Shown in pieces: positions 37,874 through 48,015 of a DNA stretch of 64,000 bases (its first letter is position 1; every line of letters starts with the position of its first letter). The stretch is from Desulfuromonadales bacterium (GTDB lineage Bacteria; Desulfobacterota; Desulfuromonadia; Desulfuromonadales; SZUA-540). The DNA lies in the NCBI GenBank assembly GCA_033549025.1, contig JAWSUS010000014.1, positions 20,622 to 84,621 on the forward strand, in the 5' to 3' direction. The notes under the pieces were generated by a model. The model searched no databases. It worked only from the letters and a program-made list of their open reading frames with translations, and was not told the DNA's origin. A program made the translations under genes and the position numbers.

Positions 37874-38887
37874 GTGGAACGCATCCTGACCAAAGACGAA
37901 ATTGCCGAACTCCTCTCCGCCGTACGCGACGGGGATCTTGACACCGAACTCGATTCAGAGGAAACGCCGCAGCAGAAACGGGCTGTCAGCCGAGTCGACC
38001 TGATCGGTGCCGGTGGGGCGGGGCGCTATCGCATCAACAATTTCGACATCATCCTTGATGCCTTCACCCGCAACTACAGCCTGTCCCTCTCTAGTCGCCT
38101 GCAGCGGTCGGTGACCATCAAGCGGGGCAAGCTCGATTACCTGGAATTCGATCCCTTTGTCCAGCAACTCGGCGACCACAACGCCATCGGGGTGATCAAA
38201 CTCGACCCCCTCAAGAGCGCCGGCCTGTTCGTTTTTAACGGTGCGCTGTCCTTCTCTTTTCTGGAGGCCATGCTCGGTGGCTCTTCCGACGTCAAACCCA
38301 TGGCGCTGTCCCGTTCGCTGACCGCCATCGAAATGAATGTCCTGCGGGGGCTCATGCTCGACGCCTGCGCCGACATGCAGAAGGCTTTTCGGCCCCTCGA
38401 AGAGTTGACGGCGACCCTGGTCAATATCGAGGCGAGTTCGCGCATGGTCAATATCGTGGCGCCCGATACGGACGTCATGGTTGCCGAGTTTGATGTCACC
38501 GTCGACAAGACGCCCGGCAAAATCACCCTGATGATCCCCTTCTTTTCGCTGGAGCCTTTCCGCGAGAAGCTCAAGGACGGCATTCTGGCCATTACCTCCC
38601 TGCGGGGCGATGACTGGAAGTCAACGCTGCAGAACGACCTGGCCCGCCTGAAGACCAACGTCACCGGCCAGTTCGCCGAGGTCTCCCTGTCGGTGCGGGA
38701 TATTCTGAATTTCCAGGTCGGCGACATTATCGAACTGGGCTGTGAACCGAACAGCCCCATCCGCCTGTTGGTGGAAAACAAACTAAAATTTGAGGGCATG
38801 GTGGGCGCGCGCAACGGCAAGAAAGCGGTTCGCGTCACCAGCCGGATTATCCCAGAGGGAGTGCACGATGGAAAAGACAGAGAATAA
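37874..38887 (+). CDS. fliM: flagellar motor switch protein FliM
   Basis: CheY-binding N-terminus ILTKDEIAELL; SpoA C-terminal domain. Confidence 0.92.
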   Translation: MERILTKDEIAELLSAVRDGDLDTELDSEETPQQKRAVSRVDLIGAGGAGRYRINNFDIILDAFTRNYSLSLSSRLQRSVTIKRGKLDYLEFDPFVQQLGDHNAIGVIKLDPLKSAGLFVFNGALSFSFLEAMLGGSSDVKPMALSRSLTAIEMNVLRGLMLDACADMQKAFRPLEELTATLVNIEASSRMVNIVAPDTDVMVAEFDVTVDKTPGKITLMIPFFSLEPFREKLKDGILAITSLRGDDWKSTLQNDLARLKTNVTGQFAEVSLSVRDILNFQVGDIIELGCEPNSPIRLLVENKLKFEGMVGARNGKKAVRVTSRIIPEGVHDGKDRE

Positions 38888-39206
38888 AGAGTCCAAGGCC
38901 GTGGCGGCCGAGACACAGGGGGAGAATATTGCGCCGCAGAAAGAGTTGCGTAATCTCGACTTTCTGCTCGACGTCCCTTTGCAGCTTTCCGTTGAAGTGG
39001 GGCGGTCCAAGCTGCTCATCAAGGACCTGCTGCAGGTGCGGGAAGGTTCCGTCATCGAACTGGACAAGCTGGCGGGGGAACCTCTGGACGTCTATGTCAA
39101 TTCCCGCCTCATCGCCCGTGGCGAGGCGGTCATGGTCAACGACAAGTTCGGCCTGCGGCTCACCGACGTGGTCAGCCCCGCCGAGCGCATCGAGAAACTG
39201 GGCTGA
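38868..39206 (+). CDS. fliN: flagellar motor switch protein FliN
   Basis: LLDVPLQLSVEVG...GEAVMVNDKFGLR; ATG at 38868. Confidence 0.93.
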   Translation: MEKTENKESKAVAAETQGENIAPQKELRNLDFLLDVPLQLSVEVGRSKLLIKDLLQVREGSVIELDKLAGEPLDVYVNSRLIARGEAVMVNDKFGLRLTDVVSPAERIEKLG

Positions 39207-39210
39207 GTCC

Positions 39211-39588
39211 GTGATGACGCGTCTTTTTTTTGCAGCCCTCTGGCTCTGGCCTTCTCTGGCTCTGGCCGCCGATTCGGGCAGCCTGCTGGCCTCTTCTCTG
39301 AAGATGCTGGCCGCGCTCGGTGTGGTTCTGGGGCTGGTGCTGCTGCTCTATGCGGCCAGCCGCAAAGGGTTCGGCTTTCTGCCGGCGGCCAAAGGGGGCG
39401 CCATCAAGATCGTCGAGATGCGACACCTGGCCCCGCGCAAGGCCGTCTGTCTGGTGGAAGTGCGTGGCCGGGAGTTTCTGCTCGGCGTCGGCAATGACCG
39501 GGTGGAACTGCTGACGCCTCTTGACCGCCGGGAGGGGCAGGCCTCCTTTGAAGAGAAACTCTGTACTGAGATCGAGAGTGGACGATGA
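39211..39588 (+). CDS. fliO: flagellar biosynthesis protein FliO
   Basis: TM segments plus KAVCLVEVRGREFLLGV; located between fliN and fliP; start 39211 (GTG) or 39214. Confidence 0.85.
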   Translation: MMTRLFFAALWLWPSLALAADSGSLLASSLKMLAALGVVLGLVLLLYAASRKGFGFLPAAKGGAIKIVEMRHLAPRKAVCLVEVRGREFLLGVGNDRVELLTPLDRREGQASFEEKLCTEIESGR

Positions 39589-40322
39589 AGGCACGCTATT
39601 TCGGACTGCTTTTGATTCTTCTGCTGCCCGCCTTCGCGCAGGCCGCACCCCTGCCGACCATCAGCTTCGGGATAACGGAAGCCGAAGGGCCCCAGCAGGT
39701 CTCCACCGCCATGCAGGTGCTGCTGCTGCTCACCATCCTGTCCATGGCGCCGGCCATCCTGCTCATGACCACGGCTTTTACCCGCATCGTCATTGTCCTG
39801 TCCTTTGTACGCCAGGCCATGGGGACGCAGGGGATGCCGCCCAACCAGATCATCATCGGGCTGGCGCTCTTTCTCACCCTCTTCATCATGGCGCCCGTCT
39901 ACAACCAGGTCAACGATACGGCCTTGCAGCCCTATCTGGCCGAGACCATCAGCCAGGAACAGGCCCTCGATCTGGCCCTGATTCCCGTGCGCGAATTCAT
40001 GTTCGCCCACACGGACGAAAAAGACCTGGCCCTGCTCATGGAAATCGCCAAGCAGCCGGTGCCGGAAAGCCGCGCCGATATTTCGACCCTCAGCCTGATC
40101 CCCGCGTTCATGCTTTCCGAGCTCAAGCGCGCTTTCCAGATGGGGTTCATGATCTTCATCCCCTTTCTGGTCATCGACATGGTCGTGGCTTCGGTGCTCA
40201 TGTCCATGGGGATGATGATGCTGCCGCCGATCATCATTTCGCTTCCATTCAAGCTGCTTCTCTTCGTCCTGGTCGATGGCTGGGCCCTGGTGGTCGGCTC
40301 GCTGGTACAGAGTTTTTATTGA
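39585..40322 (+). CDS. fliP: flagellar export gate protein FliP
   Basis: Motifs FTRIVIVL, PPNQ and MGMMMLPP. Confidence 0.96.
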   Translation: MKARYFGLLLILLLPAFAQAAPLPTISFGITEAEGPQQVSTAMQVLLLLTILSMAPAILLMTTAFTRIVIVLSFVRQAMGTQGMPPNQIIIGLALFLTLFIMAPVYNQVNDTALQPYLAETISQEQALDLALIPVREFMFAHTDEKDLALLMEIAKQPVPESRADISTLSLIPAFMLSELKRAFQMGFMIFIPFLVIDMVVASVLMSMGMMMLPPIIISLPFKLLLFVLVDGWALVVGSLVQSFY

Positions 40323-40392
40323 CGGAAAGTAGGGGGTGCACACCGCAGGGAGGATGCCTGCCGCCTGATGCCCCCGTTCCTCAGGATATGCC

Positions 40393-40662
40393 ATGACTCC
40401 GGAATTCGTTGTTGACATAGGACGCCAGGCGGTAGAGACGGTCCTGTTCATGTCCGCGCCCATGCTGCTGGCGGCTTTGATCATCGGCCTGCTTATCAGT
40501 ATTTTTCAGGCCGCCACCCAGATCAACGAGCAGACCATGACCTTCATCCCCAAGATCGTGGCGGTGCTGGTGACCCTGATTATTTTCGCCCCCTGGATGA
40601 TCAAAATCATGCTCGCCTTCACCCTGGGCATCTTTGAAGGTCTGGCCACTGTCGGAACCTGA
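40393..40662 (+). CDS. fliQ: flagellar export gate protein FliQ
   Basis: Motif FQAATQINEQTMTFIPK. Confidence 0.96.
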   Translation: MTPEFVVDIGRQAVETVLFMSAPMLLAALIIGLLISIFQAATQINEQTMTFIPKIVAVLVTLIIFAPWMIKIMLAFTLGIFEGLATVGT

Positions 40663-40670
40663 GGCCTGCT

Positions 40671-41447
40671 GTGGAATTGCCGCTCATCCCCGTGGAACAA
40701 TTTCAGAACTTTCTGGTCTGCCTGGCGCGGGTTGGGGCCATGATCGGCGCCCTGCCTGTCTTCAGCGGCGGCCAGACCCCCATGCAGCTGCGCGTCGGCC
40801 TGGCGGTGACGGTTTCGCTGCTGGTCTACCCGGTGGTGGCGCCCTATATCCCCGCCCAGTCCTTTCACCCTGTCAGCCTGGCGGTGCTGGTGACGGGGGA
40901 GACCCTGTTCGGCGTCCTCGTGGCCATCATCGCCCGTCTCATCTTTACGGCGGCGGAGTTCGGCGGCACCATCATCGGTTTCCAGATGGGGTTTGCCGCC
41001 GCCAACGTTTTCGACCCGCAGAACCAGCGGCAGATCGCTCTCATCTCCCAGTTGCAGAACGTCTTCGCCATCCTGGTCTTTCTGGCGCTGGACATCCATC
41101 ACCTCTTTCTGCGGGCCATCGTCGCCTCCTATGAGCTGCTGCCGCCGGGCGGGGTCGATTTCTCCGGCGAGGCCGTCCCCTATCTGATGACCCTGGCTTC
41201 GGGAATGTTCGTGCTGGCCGTCAAGTTCAGCGCGCCCATCCTGGCCGTGCTGCTACTGTCCAGCTTCGTGCTGGGCATTCTCTCCCGCGTATTCCCCCAG
41301 CTCAATGTGTTCATGCTGTCCTTTCCCATCAACATCGGCCTGTCCCTGATCGTCATGGGATTGACCCTCAATGTGCTGGTGTCGATGCTGGGACGCGAGT
41401 TTAACGCGCTCGGCGAACGTTTCATCCAGCTCTTTGAGCTGCTCTGA
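40671..41447 (+). CDS. fliR: flagellar export gate protein FliR
   Basis: Motifs QMGF...FDP and PQLNVF; hydrophobic. Confidence 0.94.
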   Translation: MELPLIPVEQFQNFLVCLARVGAMIGALPVFSGGQTPMQLRVGLAVTVSLLVYPVVAPYIPAQSFHPVSLAVLVTGETLFGVLVAIIARLIFTAAEFGGTIIGFQMGFAAANVFDPQNQRQIALISQLQNVFAILVFLALDIHHLFLRAIVASYELLPPGGVDFSGEAVPYLMTLASGMFVLAVKFSAPILAVLLLSSFVLGILSRVFPQLNVFMLSFPINIGLSLIVMGLTLNVLVSMLGREFNALGERFIQLFELL

Positions 41448-41455
41448 GGTAGGTG

Positions 41456-42520
41456 ATGTCCGAGGACAGCGGTCAGGAAAAAACCGAACAGGCGTCGGAA
41501 AAACGGCGCCAGGAATTTCGCGAAAAAGGGCAGGTGGCCCAGAGCCGTGAAGTGCAGACGGCGGCTCTGCTGACCATGTCGCTGCTGCTCTGGTTCTTTT
41601 ACGCCCCTTTCTTTTGGGCCCAAATTGCTGAACTGGTGGCCGGGATCTGGCGCCTTTCCGGTGAATTCGAGCCGACCCCCCTGTCCGTTGTCAATCTGAT
41701 GACAGCCACCTTCGGCAAGCTCGCCCTGCTGATGGCACCGCCGCTGCTGTTGGTGCTGGTGACGGGGTTTTTCGCCAGTTTTCTGCAGATTGGCTGGCTC
41801 TTCACCGCCAAGCCCATGATGCCCGACCTGAAAAAGCTGGACCCCATCGCGGGTTCCAAAAAGTTCGTCTCCAAGCGTTCCCTGGTCGAATTAGTCAAAT
41901 CTTTGGCAAAAGTCCTGCTGGTGGGGGTCATCGCTTTTCGCGCCGTCAGCGCCGAATTCGAGCACGCCCTCTATCTCATCGATATGGATGTGAGCGAAAC
42001 AGTGCGTTACGTGGGCCGGGTCGGCGCTTTGGTGCTGATCAAGAGCTGCGGCGTCCTTATTTTGCTTGGCGTGCTCGATTTTTTGTTCGTGCGCTGGGAA
42101 ATGGAACAGAAAATGAAGATGTCCAAGCAGGAGCAGAAAGAAGAGTACAAGCAGACGGAAGGCGACCCCTACATCAAGTCGCGCATCCGCTCCATCCAGC
42201 AGCAAATGGCCCGCAAGCGCATGATGGCCGAGGTGCCCAAGGCCGATGTCATCATCACCAACCCGACTCACCTCTCCATCGCCCTGGCTTATCGGCGCGG
42301 GGAGATGGAGGCGCCACAGGTGGTGGCCAAGGGCGCCGATCATCTGGCCATGCGCATCCGCGACCTCGCCCGCGAGCATAATATCCCCATGGTGGAGAAC
42401 GTGCCGGTGGCCCGGGCGCTGTACAAGGTGGAGATCGGGCGGGAAATTCCCGAAGAGATGTTCAAGGCCGTGGCCGAGATACTGGCCTACGTCTATAACG
42501 TAAAGAGGAACAAGGGATGA
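41456..42520 (+). CDS. flhB: flagellar export switch protein FlhB
   Basis: EKTE N-terminus, EGDP, NPTH autocleavage motif. Confidence 0.96.
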   Translation: MSEDSGQEKTEQASEKRRQEFREKGQVAQSREVQTAALLTMSLLLWFFYAPFFWAQIAELVAGIWRLSGEFEPTPLSVVNLMTATFGKLALLMAPPLLLVLVTGFFASFLQIGWLFTAKPMMPDLKKLDPIAGSKKFVSKRSLVELVKSLAKVLLVGVIAFRAVSAEFEHALYLIDMDVSETVRYVGRVGALVLIKSCGVLILLGVLDFLFVRWEMEQKMKMSKQEQKEEYKQTEGDPYIKSRIRSIQQQMARKRMMAEVPKADVIITNPTHLSIALAYRRGEMEAPQVVAKGADHLAMRIRDLAREHNIPMVENVPVARALYKVEIGREIPEEMFKAVAEILAYVYNVKRNKG

Positions 42521-44610
42521 TCAACGTAAGCACGCTTCGCTCACTGAACTACAAAGAAATGCTGCTGCGCAGCGACATTATGGTCGCCGTGGGGTTGGTG
42601 TCCATCCTGCTGGTGATGATCATCCCGCTGCCGGCCATCCTGCTCGATATCTTCCTCTCTCTCAATATCACCCTGGCCCTGCTGATCATGATCATCAGCC
42701 TCTACACGGCCCGGGCTTTGGACTTCGGCATCTTTCCTTCGGTGCTGCTGGCCACCACCCTCTTTCGCCTCTCCCTCAATGTCGCCTCCACCCGGCTGAT
42801 TCTGCTCAATGGCGACCAGGGGCCGACGGCGGCCGGATCGGTCATCGCCTCCTTCGGCCAGTTCGTGGTCGGCGGTAATTACGTGGTCGGTATCGTGGTC
42901 TTCTCCATCCTGGTGGTCATCAACTTCATGGTTATCACCAAGGGGGCCGGGCGCGTGGCCGAGGTTGCCGCCCGCTTCACCCTCGATGCCATGCCCGGCA
43001 AGCAGATGGCCATTGACGCCGACCTCAACGCCGGCCTGGTCGACGAGCAGGAGGCCCGCACCCGCCGCAAGGAGATCGCCATGGAGGCCGAGTTCTACGG
43101 GGCCATGGACGGTGCCAGCAAGTTCGTGCGCGGCGACGCCATCGCCGGCATCCTCATCACCCTGATCAACATCGGCGCCGGTTTTATCATCGGCGTCATG
43201 CAGAAGGGGATGCCGATGATGGAGGCGGCCCAGAACTACACCATCCTCACCGTCGGTGACGGCCTGGTGGGGCAGGTGCCGGCCCTGATCATCTCCACCG
43301 CCGCCGGCATCCTGGTTACCCGCACCGCTGGCGACGGCGACTTCGGCTCGGATATCAAGAAGCAGTTTTCCCTGCACCCGCGCGCCATCTGGGTGGTCTC
43401 CGGCGTGCTGCTCGGTTTTGCCCTCATCCCGGGCCTGCCTTTTCTCCCCTTCATGCTCCTCTCCATCGCCCTGGCCTTTCTGGCCTACGGTATTGACAAG
43501 AAAGTCAAGGAGGCCGAGAGGGTCGCCCGCCTGCCGGTGGAGGCGGAAGCGCGCCCGGAGGAGAAGGAGGATTACGAGGAGATGCTGGCCGTGGATCTGC
43601 TCGAGTTGGAGGTGGGGTACGGTCTCATTCCTTTCGTCGACGCGGCCCAGGATGGCGAACTGCTGGCCCGCATCCGCTCCACGCGCAAGCAGTTTGCGGT
43701 GAGCATGGGCTTCATCGTGCCGCCGGTGCATATCAAGGACAATCTGCAGCTCAAGCCCAACGAGTACCGCATCCTTCTCAAGGGGGTTTCCATTGCCGGC
43801 GGCGAGATGCTCCCCGGCCATTATCTGGCCATGAACCCCGGGCTGGCCACGGAGAACCTCAAAGGGGTGCAGACGGTGGAACCTGCTTTCAACCTGCCGG
43901 CCACCTGGATTTCCGAGGACAAGAAGGAGAGGGCGCAGATGGCCGGTTATACGGTGGTCGACTGCACCACCGTCATTGCCACCCATATCAGCGAGATCAT
44001 AAAAAGACACGCCCATGAGCTGCTCGGCCGGCAAGAGGTACAGAACTTGCTAGATAACCTCGGCAAGAGTTATCCGAAGCTGGTTGAGGAGCTGGTCCCC
44101 AACCTGATCAGCCTGGGGGGCGTCATGCGTATCTTGCAGAATTTATTGCGCGAACAGGTTTCCATAAGGGATCTGCGCACCATCCTCGAGACGGTGGCCG
44201 ACTGGGCGCCTTCCACCCAGGATGTCGATATGCTGACGGAGCAGGTGCGGCAGGCCCTCGGGCGGCAGATCAGCGCCCGTTATGCCCAGGACGACAATGT
44301 GCTGCCGCTGCTCACCCTCGATCGCAGCGTCGAAGAGACCCTGCAGCGGGCGGTGCAGCAGACGGACCAGGGCGCGTTTCTCAATATCGATCCGCGCACG
44401 GCCCAGTCCATCCTCGAAGGCCTGAGCGAGAACCTGGGGCGGTTCAGCGGGGCGAGTGAGCCGGTGCTGCTGTGCCCGCCAACAATCCGACCGCATGTCA
44501 AAAGGTTGACCGAGCGCTATCTGCCGTCGCTGGCCGTCATCTCTCACAACGAGGTGGCTCCCAACCTCAAAGTCAGATCCATCGGAACGGTGAAATTGAA
44601 TGCAAGTTAA
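42517..44610 (+). CDS. flhA: flagellar export protein FlhA
   Basis: Motif RVAEVAARFTLDAMPGKQMAIDADL. Confidence 0.97.
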   Translation: MINVSTLRSLNYKEMLLRSDIMVAVGLVSILLVMIIPLPAILLDIFLSLNITLALLIMIISLYTARALDFGIFPSVLLATTLFRLSLNVASTRLILLNGDQGPTAAGSVIASFGQFVVGGNYVVGIVVFSILVVINFMVITKGAGRVAEVAARFTLDAMPGKQMAIDADLNAGLVDEQEARTRRKEIAMEAEFYGAMDGASKFVRGDAIAGILITLINIGAGFIIGVMQKGMPMMEAAQNYTILTVGDGLVGQVPALIISTAAGILVTRTAGDGDFGSDIKKQFSLHPRAIWVVSGVLLGFALIPGLPFLPFMLLSIALAFLAYGIDKKVKEAERVARLPVEAEARPEEKEDYEEMLAVDLLELEVGYGLIPFVDAAQDGELLARIRSTRKQFAVSMGFIVPPVHIKDNLQLKPNEYRILLKGVSIAGGEMLPGHYLAMNPGLATENLKGVQTVEPAFNLPATWISEDKKERAQMAGYTVVDCTTVIATHISEIIKRHAHELLGRQEVQNLLDNLGKSYPKLVEELVPNLISLGGVMRILQNLLREQVSIRDLRTILETVADWAPSTQDVDMLTEQVRQALGRQISARYAQDDNVLPLLTLDRSVEETLQRAVQQTDQGAFLNIDPRTAQSILEGLSENLGRFSGASEPVLLCPPTIRPHVKRLTERYLPSLAVISHNEVAPNLKVRSIGTVKLNAS

Positions 44611-45871
44611 AGTCTTTCAATCGGAAAACATGGCGACCGCCCTGAGGATGGTCAAGGAGACCCTGGGGCCTGACGCCCTCATCCTTTCCACCCGCACCGT
44701 GCGCAAGGGCGGCGGCTTTTTCGGCAAGCCCCTGCTCGAGGTAACGGCCGCCGTCGAACCGGAGAGCGCCCAACCGGCCCTGAACAGGTCCGTCGCGGCG
44801 ACCAAGCCCGTGGCTGCGGTCAGGCCGGCGCGGACCTACGCCAGCGTCGCCGACGATATTCGCTATGAAGATATCTGGGCCGGCCGCCGGACTTCGCCGG
44901 GGATGGAAGAACCGCCCGCGCGGCGCCCCCAGCCTGCCAGCGCTCCCGTCGACACGCTGCGCGGCGAAATCGACGAACTGCGCTCGCTGGTACAGGGCTT
45001 CGTCCGGGAGATGGCCGAGCGCAAGCCCGAACCTGCCCCGCCGGCGCCGCGTTGGACCGAACCCGCCCTCCAGACGCGCAAAGGTCAGGATGCCTGGCTG
45101 GCGCCGGTCATGGCTGAGCTCAGCGCCCGCGGCCTCGAAGACGAGGTGGCAGAGACCATCGCCCGTTATGCCGGCGAGAAGCTGACGCCGCAGCAGGTCT
45201 ACAGTCCCGGCGTGCTGGACAGCTTCTTTCACGACGCCCTCACCGACCTAGTGCAGGTCAGCGGCCCGGTCTTCCGCCCCGGCGAAGCCCGTCGTCTGGC
45301 CCTGGTCGGTCCCACCGGGGTCGGCAAGACGACGACCATCGCCAAGCTGGCAGCCGACTATCTCCTGCAGGGCGGGCAGAGCGTCGCCCTGGTGACCATC
45401 GATACCTACCGGATCGCCGCCGTGGAGCAGCTTAAGGTCTACGGCGAAATCATGAATGTGCCCGTCGAGGTGGTTGTAAGGCCCGAGCAGATGGAGCAGG
45501 TCTTCGCCCGCCACCAGGACAAAGACCTCATCCTTATCGACACCGCCGGCCGCAGCCCCAAAGACGATGTCAGCCTGCGCGAACTCGCTGAATTCCTGCA
45601 CCCCGATTACGCCATCGAGAACCATCTGGTCCTTTCAGCCACCACCCGCGAACGGGACCTGGGCGAGGTGATCCGCCGTTTTCAGGGTCTTGGCCTTAAA
45701 AGTCTGATGTTCACCAAGCTGGATGAGTGCGAAAGTCTGGGCGCCCTGATTAATGTGCCGGTCCGCCACAACTTCCCCATTTCCTACCTGGGCAACGGTC
45801 AGCGGGTTCCTGAAGATCTCCTGCTGGCCGAAGCCCGCCGGGTGGCCGGTCTCGTTCTGGGAAAAGAGTAA
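44600..45871 (+). CDS. flhF: SRP-family GTPase FlhF
   Basis: Motifs GPTGVGKTTT, DTYRIAA, DTAGRS and TKLDE. Confidence 0.95.
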   Translation: MQVKVFQSENMATALRMVKETLGPDALILSTRTVRKGGGFFGKPLLEVTAAVEPESAQPALNRSVAATKPVAAVRPARTYASVADDIRYEDIWAGRRTSPGMEEPPARRPQPASAPVDTLRGEIDELRSLVQGFVREMAERKPEPAPPAPRWTEPALQTRKGQDAWLAPVMAELSARGLEDEVAETIARYAGEKLTPQQVYSPGVLDSFFHDALTDLVQVSGPVFRPGEARRLALVGPTGVGKTTTIAKLAADYLLQGGQSVALVTIDTYRIAAVEQLKVYGEIMNVPVEVVVRPEQMEQVFARHQDKDLILIDTAGRSPKDDVSLRELAEFLHPDYAIENHLVLSATTRERDLGEVIRRFQGLGLKSLMFTKLDECESLGALINVPVRHNFPISYLGNGQRVPEDLLLAEARRVAGLVLGKE

Positions 45872-45881
45872 GGATTTGCCG

Positions 45882-46793
45882 ATGATGGAAACAGTACAGA
45901 AATATGTGGACCAGGCCGGAACCCTGCGCTCCCTCTCCGGCCGACTGGCCGGGCAGGACAAGGTGGCGGTAGCCGGCACCAAAACGACCCGCGTCATCTC
46001 CGTCACCAGCGGCAAAGGGGGGGTCGGCAAGACCGCCGTCGTTTCCAATATGGCTGTGGCGCTGGCCCGCCTGGGGAAAAAGGTGCTGATTATCGATGCC
46101 GACCTCGGCCTGGCCAACGTCGACGTCGTCTTCGGCCTGGCGCCGCGCTACAACCTGAACCACTTTTTCGCCGGCGAACAGAGCCTGCAGGACATCATGG
46201 TCGAGGGACCGGCCGGCATTCACATTCTGCCCGCCGGCTCGGGAGTCCAGAAATTCACCCGTCTCGATTCCTCGCAGAAGATGCGTTTCATGGATGATCT
46301 GGATAACCTGCACGGCGAATTCGATATCGTCCTCATCGACACCGAAGCCGGCATTTCCGAGAACGTCACCTATTTCAACGTGGCCGCCCAGGACATCCTG
46401 GTGGTGACGACGCCGGAGCCGACGGCCATCACGGACGCCTACGCGCTGATGAAGCTGCTCTCCATCCAGTATCACGAAAAACGCTTCAACCTCATTGTCA
46501 ACTCGGTGCGAAACAACGACGAGGCTCTCGACGTTTACCGCAAGCTCACCATGGTCTCGGGACGCTATCTCGACATTTCCATCGATTTTCTCGGCGGCAT
46601 TCCCTTCGATCGCCGCATGCACGAGGCCGTGCGGCGGCAGCGTGTCATGGTCGAGCTCTTTCCCACCACCAAGGTAAGCGGCGCCTTTGAATCCCTGGCC
46701 GGCCAGCTCACCTCCGGTTCGCGCGAAGCCCAGGCCAAGGGATCCCTGCAGTTTTTCTGGAAAAAACTCATGTCTTTCGGCAGCGGAGGCTAG
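45882..46793 (+). CDS. flhG: MinD-like ATPase FlhG/FleN
   Basis: N-terminal DQAGTLR motif, SGKGGVGKT and PEPTAITDAY; ATG at 45882. Confidence 0.93.
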   Translation: MMETVQKYVDQAGTLRSLSGRLAGQDKVAVAGTKTTRVISVTSGKGGVGKTAVVSNMAVALARLGKKVLIIDADLGLANVDVVFGLAPRYNLNHFFAGEQSLQDIMVEGPAGIHILPAGSGVQKFTRLDSSQKMRFMDDLDNLHGEFDIVLIDTEAGISENVTYFNVAAQDILVVTTPEPTAITDAYALMKLLSIQYHEKRFNLIVNSVRNNDEALDVYRKLTMVSGRYLDISIDFLGGIPFDRRMHEAVRRQRVMVELFPTTKVSGAFESLAGQLTSGSREAQAKGSLQFFWKKLMSFGSGG

Positions 46794-46795
46794 GC

Positions 46796-47533
46796 ATGAA
46801 CAAAGCGTTTGGATATGGCCAGGCAGAGGGCGACGAGCGCTCCCGGCTGATCCAGTCGCATCTGTCGACGGTCAGCCTGGTGGTCGATCGCATGATGTGC
46901 CAGGTGCCGTCCTTTCTGACTCGCGACGACGTCACCAGCGCCGCCATGATGGGACTGCTCGACGCGGCCAACCGCTACGACCCTGCCCGCGGCATTCTCT
47001 TCAAGACCTTTGCCGAACACCGCATTCGCGGCGCCATCTTTGATGAAGTCCGCAAGATGGACTGGTTCTCCCGCTCCCTGCGCGACAAACAGTCGCGGGT
47101 TGCGGAGGCGATGAACACGCTGGAGCATCAGCTCGGCCGCACCCCCGAAGAGGACGAAGTCGCCGAGGCCATGGGGCTCGCTCTGGACGAATACCGGGAC
47201 ACCCTCGGTCAAATCGGTCATCTCGGCTGTGTCAGTCTGCACGAGACGCTGGATGATTCGGACGAAGGCCGCAGCTTCCTCGACAGCCTCGAAGACACCG
47301 ACAGCAAGAACCCCGAAGAGCGGCTGGCCGAGCACCAGCTGACCCATGAGCTGGCCGCGCACCTGGAAAAACTGACGGAAAAAGAGCGGCTGGTCATCTC
47401 CCTCTACTATTACGAGGAGCTGAGCCAGAAGGAGATCGCCGAAGTGCTTGAGCTCTCCGAAGGGCGGGTTTCCCAGCTGCACAGCCAGGCTTTGCTCAAG
47501 CTCAAAGTCAAGATGCAGAAACGTCAGCCATAG
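46796..47533 (+). CDS. fliA: RNA polymerase sigma factor FliA (sigma28)
   Basis: Motifs RIRGAIFDEVRKMDW and SEGRVSQLHSQA. Confidence 0.95.
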   Translation: MNKAFGYGQAEGDERSRLIQSHLSTVSLVVDRMMCQVPSFLTRDDVTSAAMMGLLDAANRYDPARGILFKTFAEHRIRGAIFDEVRKMDWFSRSLRDKQSRVAEAMNTLEHQLGRTPEEDEVAEAMGLALDEYRDTLGQIGHLGCVSLHETLDDSDEGRSFLDSLEDTDSKNPEERLAEHQLTHELAAHLEKLTEKERLVISLYYYEELSQKEIAEVLELSEGRVSQLHSQALLKLKVKMQKRQP

Positions 47534-47536
47534 GTC

Positions 47537-47956
47537 ATGTCCATGTCTCTGCAGGAAATCGCCCTCATCGCTGCCTCCGCCCTCTGGCTGCTCACCTGCG
47601 TGGTTCTGCTTCTGCTGCTGGTGCGGTTGCGTCGCCTGGATCAGCAGAACGGGGTCTTGCGCCAACAACTGGCAGAAGCTCTCGCCCGCCTGGAGGATCT
47701 GGAGAGCCAAGCGACCGCGAATGGCACTCCGATCGAGGCCCGGCCTGACAAAGAACAGCTGCGCGCCCAGCTCAAAGCCCGCCTCGACCTGTCCGCCGCC
47801 GGCAGCAGCCTGCCGGAAAAATACCGCTATCTCGCTTCCATGGCCGGGCACGGCATGAAGGCGGAAGATATCGCCGACGTGCTCGACATTTCGCCCCGTG
47901 AGGCCGAGCAGCTGGTGCGGCTGGCCCAGGTAGGAAGGCGAAACAGTAACGCCTAA
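47537..47956 (+). CDS. membrane-anchored coiled-coil protein with C-terminal HTH-like motif (DUF2802-like)
   Basis: N-terminal TM, coiled coil, GMKAEDIADVLDISPREAEQL. Confidence 0.7.
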   Translation: MSMSLQEIALIAASALWLLTCVVLLLLLVRLRRLDQQNGVLRQQLAEALARLEDLESQATANGTPIEARPDKEQLRAQLKARLDLSAAGSSLPEKYRYLASMAGHGMKAEDIADVLDISPREAEQLVRLAQVGRRNSNA

Positions 47957-47981
47957 AGATTCGGCCTCTTCCTGTCGAAGA
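47954..47981 (+). promoter_or_regulatory. possible sigma28 promoter upstream of flgF
   Basis: TAAA-N16-GTCGAAGA; same spacer as the flgM and fliC promoters but a weaker -10 element. Confidence 0.4.
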
Positions 47982-48015
47982 GTATGGGGACAGTCAAGAG
48001 AGAGGACAGATTGCG

